A stretch of 64,000 nucleotides of DNA from Amphiscolops sp. MND2022. Lineage: Eukaryota. Position 1 is the stretch's first letter. Each line of letters opens with the position of its first letter. The position numbers and the translations under genes were made by a program. Below, piece after piece: positions 13,701 through 25,094 of this stretch. The DNA lies in contig OZ076409.1 of NCBI GenBank assembly GCA_964187785.1, positions 10,852,001 through 10,916,000 of the forward strand, in the 5' to 3' direction. Below the pieces are notes generated by a model. It did not search any database and was not told the DNA's origin. It saw only the letters and a list, made by a program, of their open reading frames with translations.

Positions 13701-16295
13701 GTTTCGTTTCCTTCCACGCTCTGCTGTTCTTCTATGATGGCTTCAATCCACTTCGCATCTCAAAATGTGCTTAATCTATTGATTGTACGTCAGTGATTCT
13801 GATTTCTCTCTTAGAAAAAAACCAAGAGTGAAATAGTTTCCGAAACGTAAGGGAACATTCACCTCTCCTTCAGCAATTGCCGCCGTAAAATTACTTGTCG
13901 TACATCTCAAATCTTTCAGGGTAACCGAGTTTTGAAAATTGGAAACTGTAATTTGACATGAAACTACAATTGGTTCCAGTTTGCTATCAAGGTTTTGATT
14001 ATTTTCAGTATCTGCAACTTAATCACAAGAAGTACTATCAACAGATAATTTTTCAAGCTCAGTTTCTACAGGTGGGTCGTCTTTGACTGCTTCCAAACTA
14101 GTCTCATGACCTACTGTTATGTCTGGTGGACCCATTCAAAGCCCATTTGTTTCATTCCTCTTGTTTATGTCAAAAGGATTTTGACGGAGAGATAACAAAC
14201 TCGAGTCATCGAAATCAACGAAATCAACTTCTTCATCTGTTTTTTATGAGGGACTTCTTTTTGTTGGAGAATACATGCTTGGCAACGAAAAACTTCCCTG
14301 TGCTCAAGTCTTTCACTACGTACCAAGGACTATGTTCATCGTATGCTAAAAATTTACATTTTGACGCCTTTTTGTCAAGTTTTTGTCATTACGTTTTGAG
14401 TTTTGGAACAGAAACTGTGCATCCAGAAACCTTTAGTTTCTCCATATGCGGTTTCCTTCCATTGAGAGTTTTTAGAAGAGTTAGTTCACCTCTCTCGATG
14501 ACTACGAGGTTCCGCAAACAACAAGCTGTTGCAATGGCTCTGAGCCAATAAATTTTGGCAATTTTGATTCGAGTAGTAAACATGTGGCCATTTTGACTAT
14601 AGTTCTATGGGCTCTGTCAGGAATACCATTCGGCTCATGGGTTTCAAGCACTGGAAATTTTGGCCTTATTTGATTTTCAATACAGAAGGGTTTGAAGATT
14701 TCGTTGATGAACACTACCATTATCGGATTTCAAACTTTTTGGACAACCATGTTCAGCTTACCAATTCTTCGAACTTTCCTAAAACTTCACGTTCAAATCT
14801 CAGGAGTTTTACGGCAGTAAATTTACCGTACTCGTTTACAAGCATAAGTACGTAACAATATCCATGCACGCTCGCAAGATTCAGAGGCCCTAAAACTCTA
14901 CAAAAATTTTTTCCATGTTTTTTTTGCATTTGATTTCAGTCTCTTTCGGACGTGGTACTTTGGTTATCTTACATATTGCACTCACTTTGCAGACATTTAT
15001 TTCGCAGGTTCTCAGAGTGGGAGTTCGTCTCTTTCTGACGTCATTCATGTTCAAATGACCTAGACGCTTATGCCAAAGTTCAGAATTTTCAGTTTTGACT
15101 GCGCTACAAAATTTTCGTTTTTCACAAACTCAGCTCGTAGGAAAAAGAATCAACCATTTCTTTCGAGATCAAAGTAATCCTGTGATGTACAGAGTTTCAG
15201 ACTAACAATTTGCTCGTTAAACAAGATTGAGAGCCTTTATTCGTGAAGTTTGTCGACTGATAGTAAATTGAACTTGTATTGAAGTACATACAAAACATAT
15301 TTCAAGAGCAACATAACTTTCTAGTTTTTCGTGTTGTAAGCTTCAATCTCAACACTGCCTACTCCGTTTTACTACTGATTGTCCTCCTTTGAGACTCAGA
15401 ACGACTTCGTGTTTCTCTTGGAATTCGGCAAAAACTTTTTTTACGTAAACAATGTGATCAGTGCTTCCAGATTCTATGGCGAATTTGATATTTACTTCAA
15501 AACGTGTGGCGTATTATGATGCTAAAAACTGATCCACTTAAACTTTTATTTGCATGTTTTTTCACAATGACTTTCCTGCTTGCAAAGACTGCCAAAACCT
15601 ATGTTCTTTTATCTACGTTCTTCGCTTAATGCGCTGCTATGTCAGAGACATATTAAATGAGGACGCCCTAGAGAAAAACGTAGTTGGCATTGCCACATGC
15701 TCTGCAGATTGACAAAGCCCCTGCTCTGTTCCAATACTGTAGTTGAGAAGCCTCTTGCGCAGTTACGTGTAGTCTCAAGAAGGGTTGAAGTACTCCTGGA
15801 AAATGAAATGTTTGTACTGCTCTGGAAGACCATTCAGTATCAGCGCATTGAATATTGCTGGGGTCGGATTTTAACCTGCTTGTTGTGGTCAACTGTTCGA
15901 TTCTTGGGCTCTGTCGAAGAACGACTGGATATCCTCACGTTCTGTCAATTTTAATTGCGCCAGTAGTGCAACTATACTGACAATAAGGCAGCCTCATTGC
16001 TGCGAAATTGATCAATCACAGATTTCCATGTTGCCTGGCCATCGGCCATTCCGTCTGCATTAACACAGTCATGTCGAAATGCCATCAATGTCGTCGAGTC
16101 AGCAGATGTCGTCGATTCAGAGATTGAGCCAAATAACACCAAACACTGTTGTTTCGGCTTGTCGTCTTCGTCTTTTGGCTCTTCAACCTTGACACGATAT
16201 TGCTCTTGATAGTGCGATAAACACCTCCGTGATTAAAAGATTACGTTAACTTATGAGCATTTGTCAAGTATGACCTGTGAGATTGAGCTGTTAAT
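10760..16295 (-). mobile_element. Decayed Ty1/Copia LTR retrotransposon
   Basis: Minus-strand motifs in Copia order: protease-like FAIESGSTDHI (~15452-15483), WHKRLGHLN (~15050-15075), RT TRPDILF (ORF 11377-11646), RNase H SKHIDVQQHF (~11019-11047). Diverged direct repeats at ~10760-10848 and ~16208-16295; PPT GAGTGGGGG adjoins TGTTAACA at 10848. Confidence 0.85.
11916..14657. repeat. Head-to-tail 1369-bp tandem duplication inside the Copia relic
   Basis: 11916-13284 is repeated at 13285-14653 (twin ORFs 12757 and 14126 are offset by 1369); about 4 substitutions seen; GAAA microhomology at the junction. Confidence 0.95.
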
Positions 16296-16645
16296 CTGAT
16301 AGATTTCGTTTTTTGATCAACTCAAGTAAAAAATGTATACCAGATAATTACGACTTTATGGATGATGAAAGTATGTAGAAAGTCTCAAGTACCCTAGAAA
16401 TGCTTTTTAAGTGCTTATGAGACCTGTCAGGTTTGGAGTGTGCCAGTGTGTCGCCACTTAGCTCCAAAACAAAGAGTCTCCTTGTGGTATGAAAAGTTCC
16501 CCAGTAAACCGCTTTTTGGGAAAACAGGTTTGACGGCTTCATTAAAGACTTTGTTCACCTGTTACCTAAGCATCGTCCCAGCTATAGTATGCGCTCATTT
16601 TGCTGGACAAAACAACAGTTTCAAAATTTGTAATGACAGAAAGAT

Positions 16646-17522
16646 CACCTCTTTTTTCTGTCCCCCACCACCGATTTTTTGCAATTTAATCAAAATATTA
16701 TAACAAAAAGACTTGAATACAAACCAGAAACCTTTATTTTTAAAATTGTTTCCGGGGTGACAGTTTAGAAGCCAGATACAAACATTGTTCACACTCTTTA
16801 TCCTTGTGAATTCACGCAGTCTCAGAAGGAAATACATCAGCTTCTTTTTTGAGTCACAAAAAACACTTGACACGAACATAATTAAAGTCAGTATGCGTGG
16901 TAAACGTTTTGTTCAAACAAAATATCGTTCTAAAAGACGTTAACTTCTTGTTATCGATAAAGAATTCACTTTTATCCAGGCTACTGTAAAATTTTTGAGG
17001 AAATTCACTCTCAAAAATTTTTGTGGTGGGGTAGAAAAAAGCCCAGCTCGCAGATAAAATTGCCAATGTCGGATGGGGCAAGCATAAAAACCCTAGCTTT
17101 TTTCCTAGTTGTTTTGCTAGGCTCTTTTCTGATTTCCCCCACCACCACAATTTTCTGAAAGTAAATTTCCTTAAAAAGTTCAGACTAGCCTATCAAATGT
17201 AAAACCGTCTTTCATAACGGAAGTTAACGTCATTACAATAGTTTTTGGTTTGAACAAAACATTTTCACACTTTTTGACTATATTTATGTTTTCGAATTAA
17301 TTGTTTCTTGTTACTCAAAACAATAAATTATTGATATGTAAATCAAAAATTCATAACTTCAGATGCAAACATTGTGTGAACAAAGTTTTCATCTCAATTC
17401 CATACAGTTACCCTTGAAATGAATTAAATATGAAGGTTTCTGGTTTGTAATCAAGTCTTTTGTGATATTATTTCCACTTATTTTCCAAAAAAAATGGTGG
17501 TGGGGAAAAACAGAAAAGAGAA
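16646..17522. mobile_element. Two adjacent Merlin-like MITE copies (~16646-17044 and 17120-17522) in opposite orientation
   Basis: Same termini and internal sequence as 6052-6458. Confidence 0.65.
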
Positions 17523-17789
17523 CACGAATAGTAGAACTTTATCATACTTCACAGACGGTACCGGTGTCCCAGTGCATGAACTTCTCTCTGATAATACTTC
17601 TGATGAGTCGCAATTAGACGCGCAATCATTGTCTACTTCTCGCGTTGTCTTCAAAGCTTCAAGCGTGGAATCATCTGTTGCTTTTTGCTGGAATTCGGCG
17701 ACGCTGGAAACACTGGAGGAAGTATCTTCATCTGTTGTTTGTTGCGCCATCAAGGAAGATTGTTCACACTCAGTGGGCTTTTCTTGCAT
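17478..17789 (-). CDS. Hypothetical acidic Ser/Thr-rich ORF or exon; 3' end runs into a MITE
   Basis: ATG-initiated 103-aa ORF with coding-like composition; no recognisable domain. Confidence 0.3.
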   Translation of the reverse strand: MQEKPTECEQSSLMAQQTTDEDTSSSVSSVAEFQQKATDDSTLEALKTTREVDNDCASNCDSSEVLSERSSCTGTPVPSVKYDKVLLFVFSFLFFPTTIFFGK

Positions 17790-18385
17790 AATATCTTTGT
17801 TGGTGTCTAATTCCTTTTTTCTTTTAAACCGAAACTTCTGAAGAAACGTTTTGAAGTAAAGTTTATCAACAATTTAAGATAATTAACATATGTATACATG
17901 TAGTTACGTAACGTTACGTAACTTAACGAACGGACATTTAAAAAAATTAAATTTTTGAAGCAATTTTGGTTCAGCAAGTCTAAAATTTTCAAATTCGGAT
18001 ATTTGCGAAATCAGTTCACTTTGTGAAATCTCTTCACTCTCAAGTGTAATGCTTGGAAAATAAATGAAAGGATGTAAGGTTCGTAGAAAAAATTGCTAGG
18101 AGCTATGAAAAGAGCAAAGCAATGAACTTTAAGTTTTCAGAATTTGGCGATCAGGAACTTTTTTCTTTTCCCTATCACACAAATTAAGTAAAAAAACATT
18201 GACAAATTGTCATGAATTAGTTTTTGATTGAAAACAGTATGTGACTTCATTGGAATAGTTTGAGTTAAAAGTGTTTTAGGAATTGTTATAAGACTTTTCA
18301 GTATAAACCTTCAGGTAAAAGTTTCTAAAACGTGGAGGGGGGGGGGGGGTGAGAGCCGACGATCAATTAATAAACTATCATTTAT

Positions 18386-18769
18386 TTATTTTATTTTAAA
18401 ATGAAAAAGGATCACGCCTTCTTTTCCATCAGACTTTGTGCCTAAATCAGCCGCATGAGGGCCATCAGCAGATTCGGATTGTATGATTGGTTGGTTGTCG
18501 CCTGACTCAGATTCCCAATATCGACTGGATTTCAATTCAATCTCATAATCACGAGGAGTTTTCGCAGGGGTGTCTTCTGTGATTAGTGAATCATGGCGAG
18601 AACTCATTGAGGGGTAGGTTTTGTTCAAGTCCACAAAATCCCCGTAGCTCACTGTACCCAAAAGCGAACTCATTTGCCCAAAATAGGAAGCCCTGGATTT
18701 TTTGGTCCGGGGGATATTGAGAAAACTTCTGTTGGATAAATGGTCCATTGACTGGCTCGCAGAATGCAT
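18386..18769 (-). CDS. Hypothetical ORF or first exon, head-to-head with the SNAP-like gene
   Basis: Open frame of ~127 aa from the ATG at 18769, higher GC than flanks; no domain recognised. Confidence 0.35.
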   Translation of the reverse strand: MHSASQSMDHLSNRSFLNIPRTKKSRASYFGQMSSLLGTVSYGDFVDLNKTYPSMSSRHDSLITEDTPAKTPRDYEIELKSSRYWESESGDNQPIIQSESADGPHAADLGTKSDGKEGVILFHFKIK

Positions 18770-19050
18770 GGCTGACAGGGTCACAAATTTTCACAACTTT
18801 TCAAACTTTTCAACAATTGAGACTTTTCGAACTTTGTCAGAATCAGTCAGAAGTGTGATCAATGAATACATTAATGAATTTCGTATTTTGTTTATGTTTT
18901 CAATCAACCACCGAAAGTTGTAGTGACGAAATTTCCATTCAAGTTTTTATGCTCACAAAGCAATTGAAGCAACAAAGAAAATGGCCTTGATTCGTTTACC
19001 TAAAAAAGACTGGTACGACCTTTGAACTATTGACCTTTACCAATTCGGAA

Positions 19051-20004
19051 ATGACAGAGTTCCGAAAACGGAGACATAGTGTAGCTACTTGTTTCTCCAG
19101 CCATGAAAGCCACTTAGAAGGGGAAAGATTATACAAAGAGGCAAATCGTAAGAAATTGTCTTACCAGGGCTGTCGCGTCTTCAGGTTATGTTCGCGAGAG
19201 AAAATTGACCTCGATAGATCTGACGCTGCCAAAAAGTTCCGTTTGGCAGCGCAACATTTCATGAATTCTGGCGAATGGGATCGAGCGGGAGAATGCTACG
19301 AGAATTGCGCGAAATTGCAAGAACTCGGACGAGACCTCGAAACAGTTGATGCAGCATCCAACTTCACGAATGCTTCATTGTGCTACAAACAAGACGAGCT
19401 CGGCCGATCACGGCGCGATACAGCTGTGATTGGTGGACGAAGACTGCCGAGAAATAAATCAGCCTCGCTGCCAATGGGAACGGATATCAAGTTACCGAAC
19501 ATCAACGAAGAGAAACTAAAACCAATAAATTCGTCAATGAGCAGGCTGGCTCATCTACAAATGGATTCGAAGCGTTACGAAAGAGCCAGAGAAAATTTCG
19601 AGACAATTGGATGCAATATTGTGAAAAGTGGCAAAAATCTTGAACAGGCCGTAGATTTTCTGTTCAAAGCTTGTATGTGCGAGTTGATGTTTAATCCGCC
19701 GTCGGCGTCCTTGAGAATCCTAGATTATTACAAACTATATCCACCGTGCCAAGAATCCGTACAGTTCAAGTTTTTCTCGAGTCTTCTGGAAGTGGTCCAA
19801 AAAGAGGATCAGATGCAATTCCAGGAACTTTTGAATGACAACAAAAATTTGAGTTTATGGATACAGAAGTTGATGGAGGAATTGTCGAAAGCGCTGGGGT
19901 TTGAGGATACCATAAGAAAGAGTATTAGTCATGAACGCAAACGAAGACTCTCAGAGACGGACCCCCAAGTGAAAAAAGACCCCTTCTATGCCCTGTATAA
20001 CTAG
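19051..20004 (+). CDS. NAPA: Divergent alpha-SNAP (NSF attachment protein)-like protein, intronless
   Basis: Uninterrupted 317-aa ORF. EANRKKL..DAAKKFRLAAQHF..WDRAGECYENCAKL..DAASNFTNASLCYK and YERARENFETIG..FLFKACMCEL match the alpha-SNAP helical pattern. Confidence 0.75.
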   Translation: MTEFRKRRHSVATCFSSHESHLEGERLYKEANRKKLSYQGCRVFRLCSREKIDLDRSDAAKKFRLAAQHFMNSGEWDRAGECYENCAKLQELGRDLETVDAASNFTNASLCYKQDELGRSRRDTAVIGGRRLPRNKSASLPMGTDIKLPNINEEKLKPINSSMSRLAHLQMDSKRYERARENFETIGCNIVKSGKNLEQAVDFLFKACMCELMFNPPSASLRILDYYKLYPPCQESVQFKFFSSLLEVVQKEDQMQFQELLNDNKNLSLWIQKLMEELSKALGFEDTIRKSISHERKRRLSETDPQVKKDPFYALYN

Positions 20005-20092
20005 CTTGGATCACGTCCCGGGTTGATGTCCCAGCAGTCGCTAAAATAGCCCAGTGCTCAATTGTAAAAACAATTATATGCACTGAATGTTG

Positions 20093-20556
20093 GGCTCTTT
20101 TCTGCCCCCCCACCACCAAAATTTTTGATAGTAAAATTCCTTAAAAACTTCAGACTAGCCCAATTTAAAGCGAAACCTTCTTTCATAACAGGATGTTAAC
20201 GTCTACTAGAATAGTTGTTTGTTTAACCAAAGCATTTTTTACACATTTTGTTTATAATTATGTGTTCGTATTCACGGTTTTTCTTCACCTCTCTTTCAAA
20301 CATGCGTGACCACATAGGAAAAAAGTGTGAACAAAGTTTGTATCTCAATTTTAAAAAGTCACCCTGAGAAAAAATTTTAAAATGAAACTTTCTGGCTTAT
20401 TTTCATGTCTTCTTGTTATCAGATTTTCATTAATTTTCCAAAAAAATTCTGGTGGTGAGAAAATTTTTTCTCAGGGTGACTTTTTAAAATTGAGATACAA
20501 ACTTTGTTCACACTTTTTTCCTATGTGGTCACGCATGTTTGAAAGAGAGGTGAAGA
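20093..20556. repeat. Merlin-like MITE rearranged by a perfect 97-bp inverted duplication (20282-20378 / 20460-20556)
   Basis: The two arms are reverse complements with an 81-bp spacer; the right TIR is truncated. Confidence 0.8.
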
Positions 20557-21123
20557 GCTGACTGTTGTTTTCGTTGTAACACAGTACTCATGCTAAATCC
20601 GTTCTGAAATTTTATTGCTATGTTTTTCCTCCAACAAACCGTATCTAGGTTGAGTTCATTTTTGTCGGGGAAATGCCGAATGAAGTTTTTTTTGTTGCCC
20701 TCTCACTTTCGGAAACTTTTGCCATAATTTTCTGAGAAATTTTACACCTGTCAATGTTCCTCGTTAAATCTTTTTCTGGTACCGGAAGTTAACTTGAAAG
20801 GAACTAAGATTTCCTGTTTGAACTAAAAAAATCACACAATTTGATCACGACTTTGATCTCGAATTTGATCATAGTAACCGTTTCAAAGGACTCAAAAGAT
20901 ACAGCGGTTGGCTTTTCTTCATAACTAGAATATCCCGGCTTTCCCTCCTATACAAAACCAGGTCAATCATACTCTGCCATCATACTCACAGTATGTTTCC
21001 GGGCTGATCATACTCTGGACCATAAAGGCTTATGGTTCCAGGCTTACCATACTCTGGACATATATGGTCCAGTCTATGATACGCCATGTTCCATAAAAAA
21101 GCAAAGTTTATGGTTCCAGTCTG

Positions 21124-21533
21124 GGAACTTTTTCCTTTCCCCCCCACACTTTTCAAGATGATGTTTTTGCAATTAATTATATCTCAATTGCGTTTCCAAT
21201 GAAACAGTTCAGTTTTAAATTTATTCTCAAGGTGATAGTTTAGGATTCAGATACAAACTTTGTTCACACTTTTTCCCTATGTAGTTACGCATTTTTGATG
21301 AAGAAATCAACAGCTTCCTGTTTTGAGTCATCAATAAACACTCAATACGAACATAATTAGTCAAATTGTGTGAACAATGTTTTGTTCAAGCGGAAAACTA
21401 CTCTAACAGTGTGGAGACAACAAAACAAAGGAAAAGATTTATTCGAAGAAATATTGAATGATATAGTCAAATATAATCTTTTATGTTGAGTTTGTTTTCT
21501 TTAAAAAGTGTGGGGGGAAAAGGAAAAAGAGCC
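21124..21533. mobile_element. Merlin-like MITE
   Basis: GG..CC termini, TIR, exact 8-bp TSD CCAGTCTG (21116-21123 and 21534-21541). Confidence 0.8.
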
Positions 21534-21564
21534 CCAGTCTGACCATAGCCTGGGCCATATATGG

Positions 21565-23005
21565 TGTGATAATCCTCCTCGTCGGATTCTTCGTTAAAGA
21601 TAACTGTTGCGTCTAGTGTTGTTTCATTTTGGTGTATAGGCTTAGCGGGATGCCTTAGATCTCTCACTTCTGAGGCTTTGAGGGGGATATCTTCGTTTTC
21701 AGAGTCTATACTTTCGTTATCAGATGCGTTTACTCCCATAGACCTTTTACCCTTGGATCCCGATGGTTGCATGTTTTCTATCTCATTCATCTCAGATCTA
21801 GGATTAGTTGTCATAGATGTGCTTTTATTGGTTTTTATCTCCATCAGAATCGCATCTAATTTGTTCTCCATTTCTTCTCTCATTTTAGTGATTCTATCGT
21901 TGTTTTTCTGTTCAAAAATCTCGGTCCAAGCTTGAATTTCATTACTGACTTGGCTGGGTTCAACTAGTCTGGGTCTCAAATCAGTTTCACCTAAACTTTC
22001 TTGACTTTGTAAATTAACATTAGTTAAAGTTTCATTACCTTGACTTGGAGTTTCTATGCGTACTTCGCTTGTTTCTCTCTCCGGGGACGGAGTTTCTAAC
22101 CTTCTGGACCTTCGATTTCTTCTATTTCCCATCTTGCTCAAGAGGAAAATTGGGTTGAAGTGCAGAAAGAATTTGAATTTATTCGTCAATGTTGTGAAAA
22201 CAATTCGGGTGAAACAAAGAGTTATCAAGGAAACTGCTTTTACAGTGTTTGGGTTTATTGTTACAGAGCAACTGTCTCTGGTACCAGTTATATTTCAACT
22301 GAAGTAAACTGCACTTTTACAAATGAAAAAATCACAAAGCATGACACTCAATTTTTGGGTTGTCATCGATCCAAAAATACTATAAATAGACTTACGTCAG
22401 GGTGACGTAATTCTATTTATAACTTACAAATAGTAATTGCATGACTTCCAATAATCTAACTATGCTAAAGCAACAAGTCCCTGGGAAACCGCTGAATGCC
22501 GCACATACGTCATCCAGTTTTCCGCATAGTGACGTATGATCAAAGCTGATTAAAAGCACCAATAAAACATGTTATAAGTTAGAATCCGCATGGTACCGCA
22601 TATGCGTTACTCGGATTACCGCATAATGACGCATACTCATCGTTACTAAACTCACACGGTAAAGTGTCAATGGCGTTATGTTCACAAAATTAGTTCAGAA
22701 AAGACGTCACGTTATTCTAGCTTCGAAGTTAATGAGTGCATATGTTCATTCATGTCAACAAAATGAAAGCATCAATGTTTAAGGCATTTGTCAAAACGTA
22801 AACATCAAACTATAAGATTAAAGAGTTTGCATGACATTTTCAAGGTATCAACTGAAAATTAAATCAACATAAATAACAAAAGGAAGTTGAGAGTGTTTAA
22901 GAGTTTCAAGTCCTCGAGTTGTTTTAGGGTTCTTTTGGAGATGACTAAGTATTCTCGTTTAGGGTTGTTGCCCAACAGCTCCAGCACAACTGTGGGGTTT
23001 TGACA
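21565..23005 (-). repeat. 3' LTR
   Basis: Matches 35852-37292 with about 5 substitutions. Confidence 0.97.
22381..22421. promoter_or_regulatory. LTR dyad with two opposed TATA boxes and two CRE-like sites (also at 36668-36708)
   Basis: TATAAATAGA-C-TTACGTCA-GGG-TGACGTAA-T-TCTATTTATA is a 41-bp near-perfect palindrome. Confidence 0.6.
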
Positions 23006-23991
23006 GTCCTGCACTTTTAAACGAGAATAGAGCAGCTTCAAAACCATCTATAAAAGCACGGGATCTTACTCCACGGTCCCTTACTGTCTCGGTGTCGTAG
23101 GCGGTTGCTATTAAATATTCGCTCAAAATTTCCAATGCTATTTGATCGTAGCACTTCCCGCACCAATCGCAAAAGCCTGCTACTTTCGGCATCACGGTGG
23201 GGAACAATCTGTGCATCTGTCTTTCACTGGTTGGGATAAGTAGCAAATTGGTACTATGTCCCACATGAAAAGGGAAATTAAATACCTGTTGGTTATTGGC
23301 CACTTGTCCATTCTTCCACTGTTTGGGGGTATCTGTATCATCAATGGGGCGTTGTTGTAGACTACCATATTGTCCACTGAAGTAGGGGCTGTCATTTCTT
23401 GTTGGTTATAGTTACTCGGGTAGACTGTTTGATGATGGTTATTGAAGATATTGATTGTATCATTTGGAAGTGACTTGCATTAGCCACGAAGTTCGGAGGG
23501 TAGGTTGCAGCTGGCCTGTTCACTGGTACGCTCCTTTGAGGATTGTCCCGGGGCGTTGGTAAAATAGCAGCTGTTGGTCTCCCATAGCTGTTTGTCGAGC
23601 CTTCCTCCCTAACTTGAGGTTCCCAAGGTGACATTGGGGAATCTTCTAGTTCAGTGTCAATGAATGAGGTGGATGGGGATTCGTATATATGTTGATCTTC
23701 TTCCATCAAGTCCACTAACTGGCGCTCAATTCTGGTTCCAGAAATGTCGATCACTTCGTCTTCTCTTGATCCTCTTGTTGAAGTAGGAAAAAGGGAAGCG
23801 GTCGCTGCTCCCATAAAGGCGGTCATGACATCAGATCGGGGGCCGCCAGGCCTGAATCGATCTTCTAACTCCGACACGTCTCCAGGATGGACAATAACTT
23901 CATCTCCAGAGTCACTTGAGACGTCAATTATGGCGGGGGACAGAGAAGGTAGCACCAGTTCTTCCTCAAGATTGAATTGTAGATTCTCCAT
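22959..23991 (-). pseudogene. Accessory ORF3 (~344 aa if two -1 shifts are repaired): acidic poly-SIM-like N-terminus, N/Q/P-rich linker, Cys/His C-terminus ending inside the LTR
   Basis: ORFs 23392-23991, 23192-23395 and 22959-23303 each lie in the -1 frame of the previous one; motifs IIDVSSDSGDE, EDEVIDISG, LVDLMEED and CDWCGKC. Confidence 0.6.
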
Positions 23992-24910
23992 TGGTATCGT
24001 GTGATCAGATAGTTTTGAAGAATGAAAATTACGAGCTTTATTGTTTTGGATTATCCCAATTGAGGGTTATTTCAGATGAGCTACTGCTTCTAAGTTTCTA
24101 ATGAGACCTTATGGTAGTCGTCCCATAAATCCCAGTTGTTTCCGATGATTCCCGCGGAAATGCTGAGCGTCATGATTTCTATCTTATCTGATACCCTTAT
24201 ATGGGTTTTAAGGAAATATAGTCGGATATTTCAAAGAGATGAGTTTGATCTGTATCCATCAATGAGGTGTAAACAATTCGATTTCAAGTGTTTTCTCAGT
24301 TTCATCTTGTAATATCACACCTCTTGCTGTTCACTATCACACTGAGTTGATGATTTAAATGATTTATCAACAATTTTCTTCCTATTTAGGAAAGTTAATT
24401 AGGTTTACAGTGAAATAATTATTCATGTTGTTTTGAACAGGGTTAATTCATCCAATATTACATGACTGAGTTGAAAGAAAATAATGAAAATGTTTCAGGA
24501 AAAAGTTTCAAACAGATGTATCAAATATTAAAATATGAGTTCGTCTATCTAATACATTCACACTTTCATCAGTCCTGCACTCAAAAAATGGCACAGGGGA
24601 GTTATATCTAACAATTTTTCAATCATTTTAGATTTCAAGAAAGATTAACATATGACGTTGCCACATAACAAGTGCCATATATCCTGGTATTTTCAGTTTT
24701 CTCATTCGAAGGTAAATTCATGTTTCCGTACATCAAATACTGCTCATTGCCTAACAGTTCACTATTTGCTTAGAATAAGTTTGTTTTAATCACATGTACT
24801 GCACATCTTGCCACGTAGTATTATTTGACTCTGTGTAGTCAAGAATGAATACTATTACGTAATTTCGTAATTGACTGTTTCTTTCTTCACTGTCCGCTGA
24901 TATCTACAAT

Positions 24911-25094
24911 TCCGCATGGTACCGTATATCCAACATCTTGTGATTCCGCATGGTGCCGCATACACGGCGTTCATAATTCCGTATGATGCCGTATGCTCGG
25001 CACTCGTATTTCCGCATAATGCCGCGTAATGTTGTGTCTGGAATCTATGATTCCGCATAATGCCGCATTTTATATATTATAATACTGTATAAAA
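24911..25094 (+). promoter_or_regulatory. Array of five TCCGYATRRTRCCGY motifs followed by TATAAAA; putative promoter of the antisense gene
   Basis: Motifs at 24911, 24945, 24978, 25011 and 25052; TATAAAA at 25088; the same motif clusters in the LTRs and at 28328-28465. Confidence 0.55.

Noticed and set aside
12757..14551. Twin 141-aa ORFs as duplicated genes
   Set aside because: Antisense shadow frames of decayed Copia sequence within the tandem duplication.
21467..22228. Independent 253-aa gene
   Set aside because: It is the gag 5' portion duplicated in the 3' LTR, reading into flanking DNA.
24911..25070. CRISPR-like repeat-spacer array
   Set aside because: Repeats are ~17 bp and degenerate, spacers ~16 bp, there are no cas genes and the context is a eukaryotic retrotransposon; better read as protein-binding sites.
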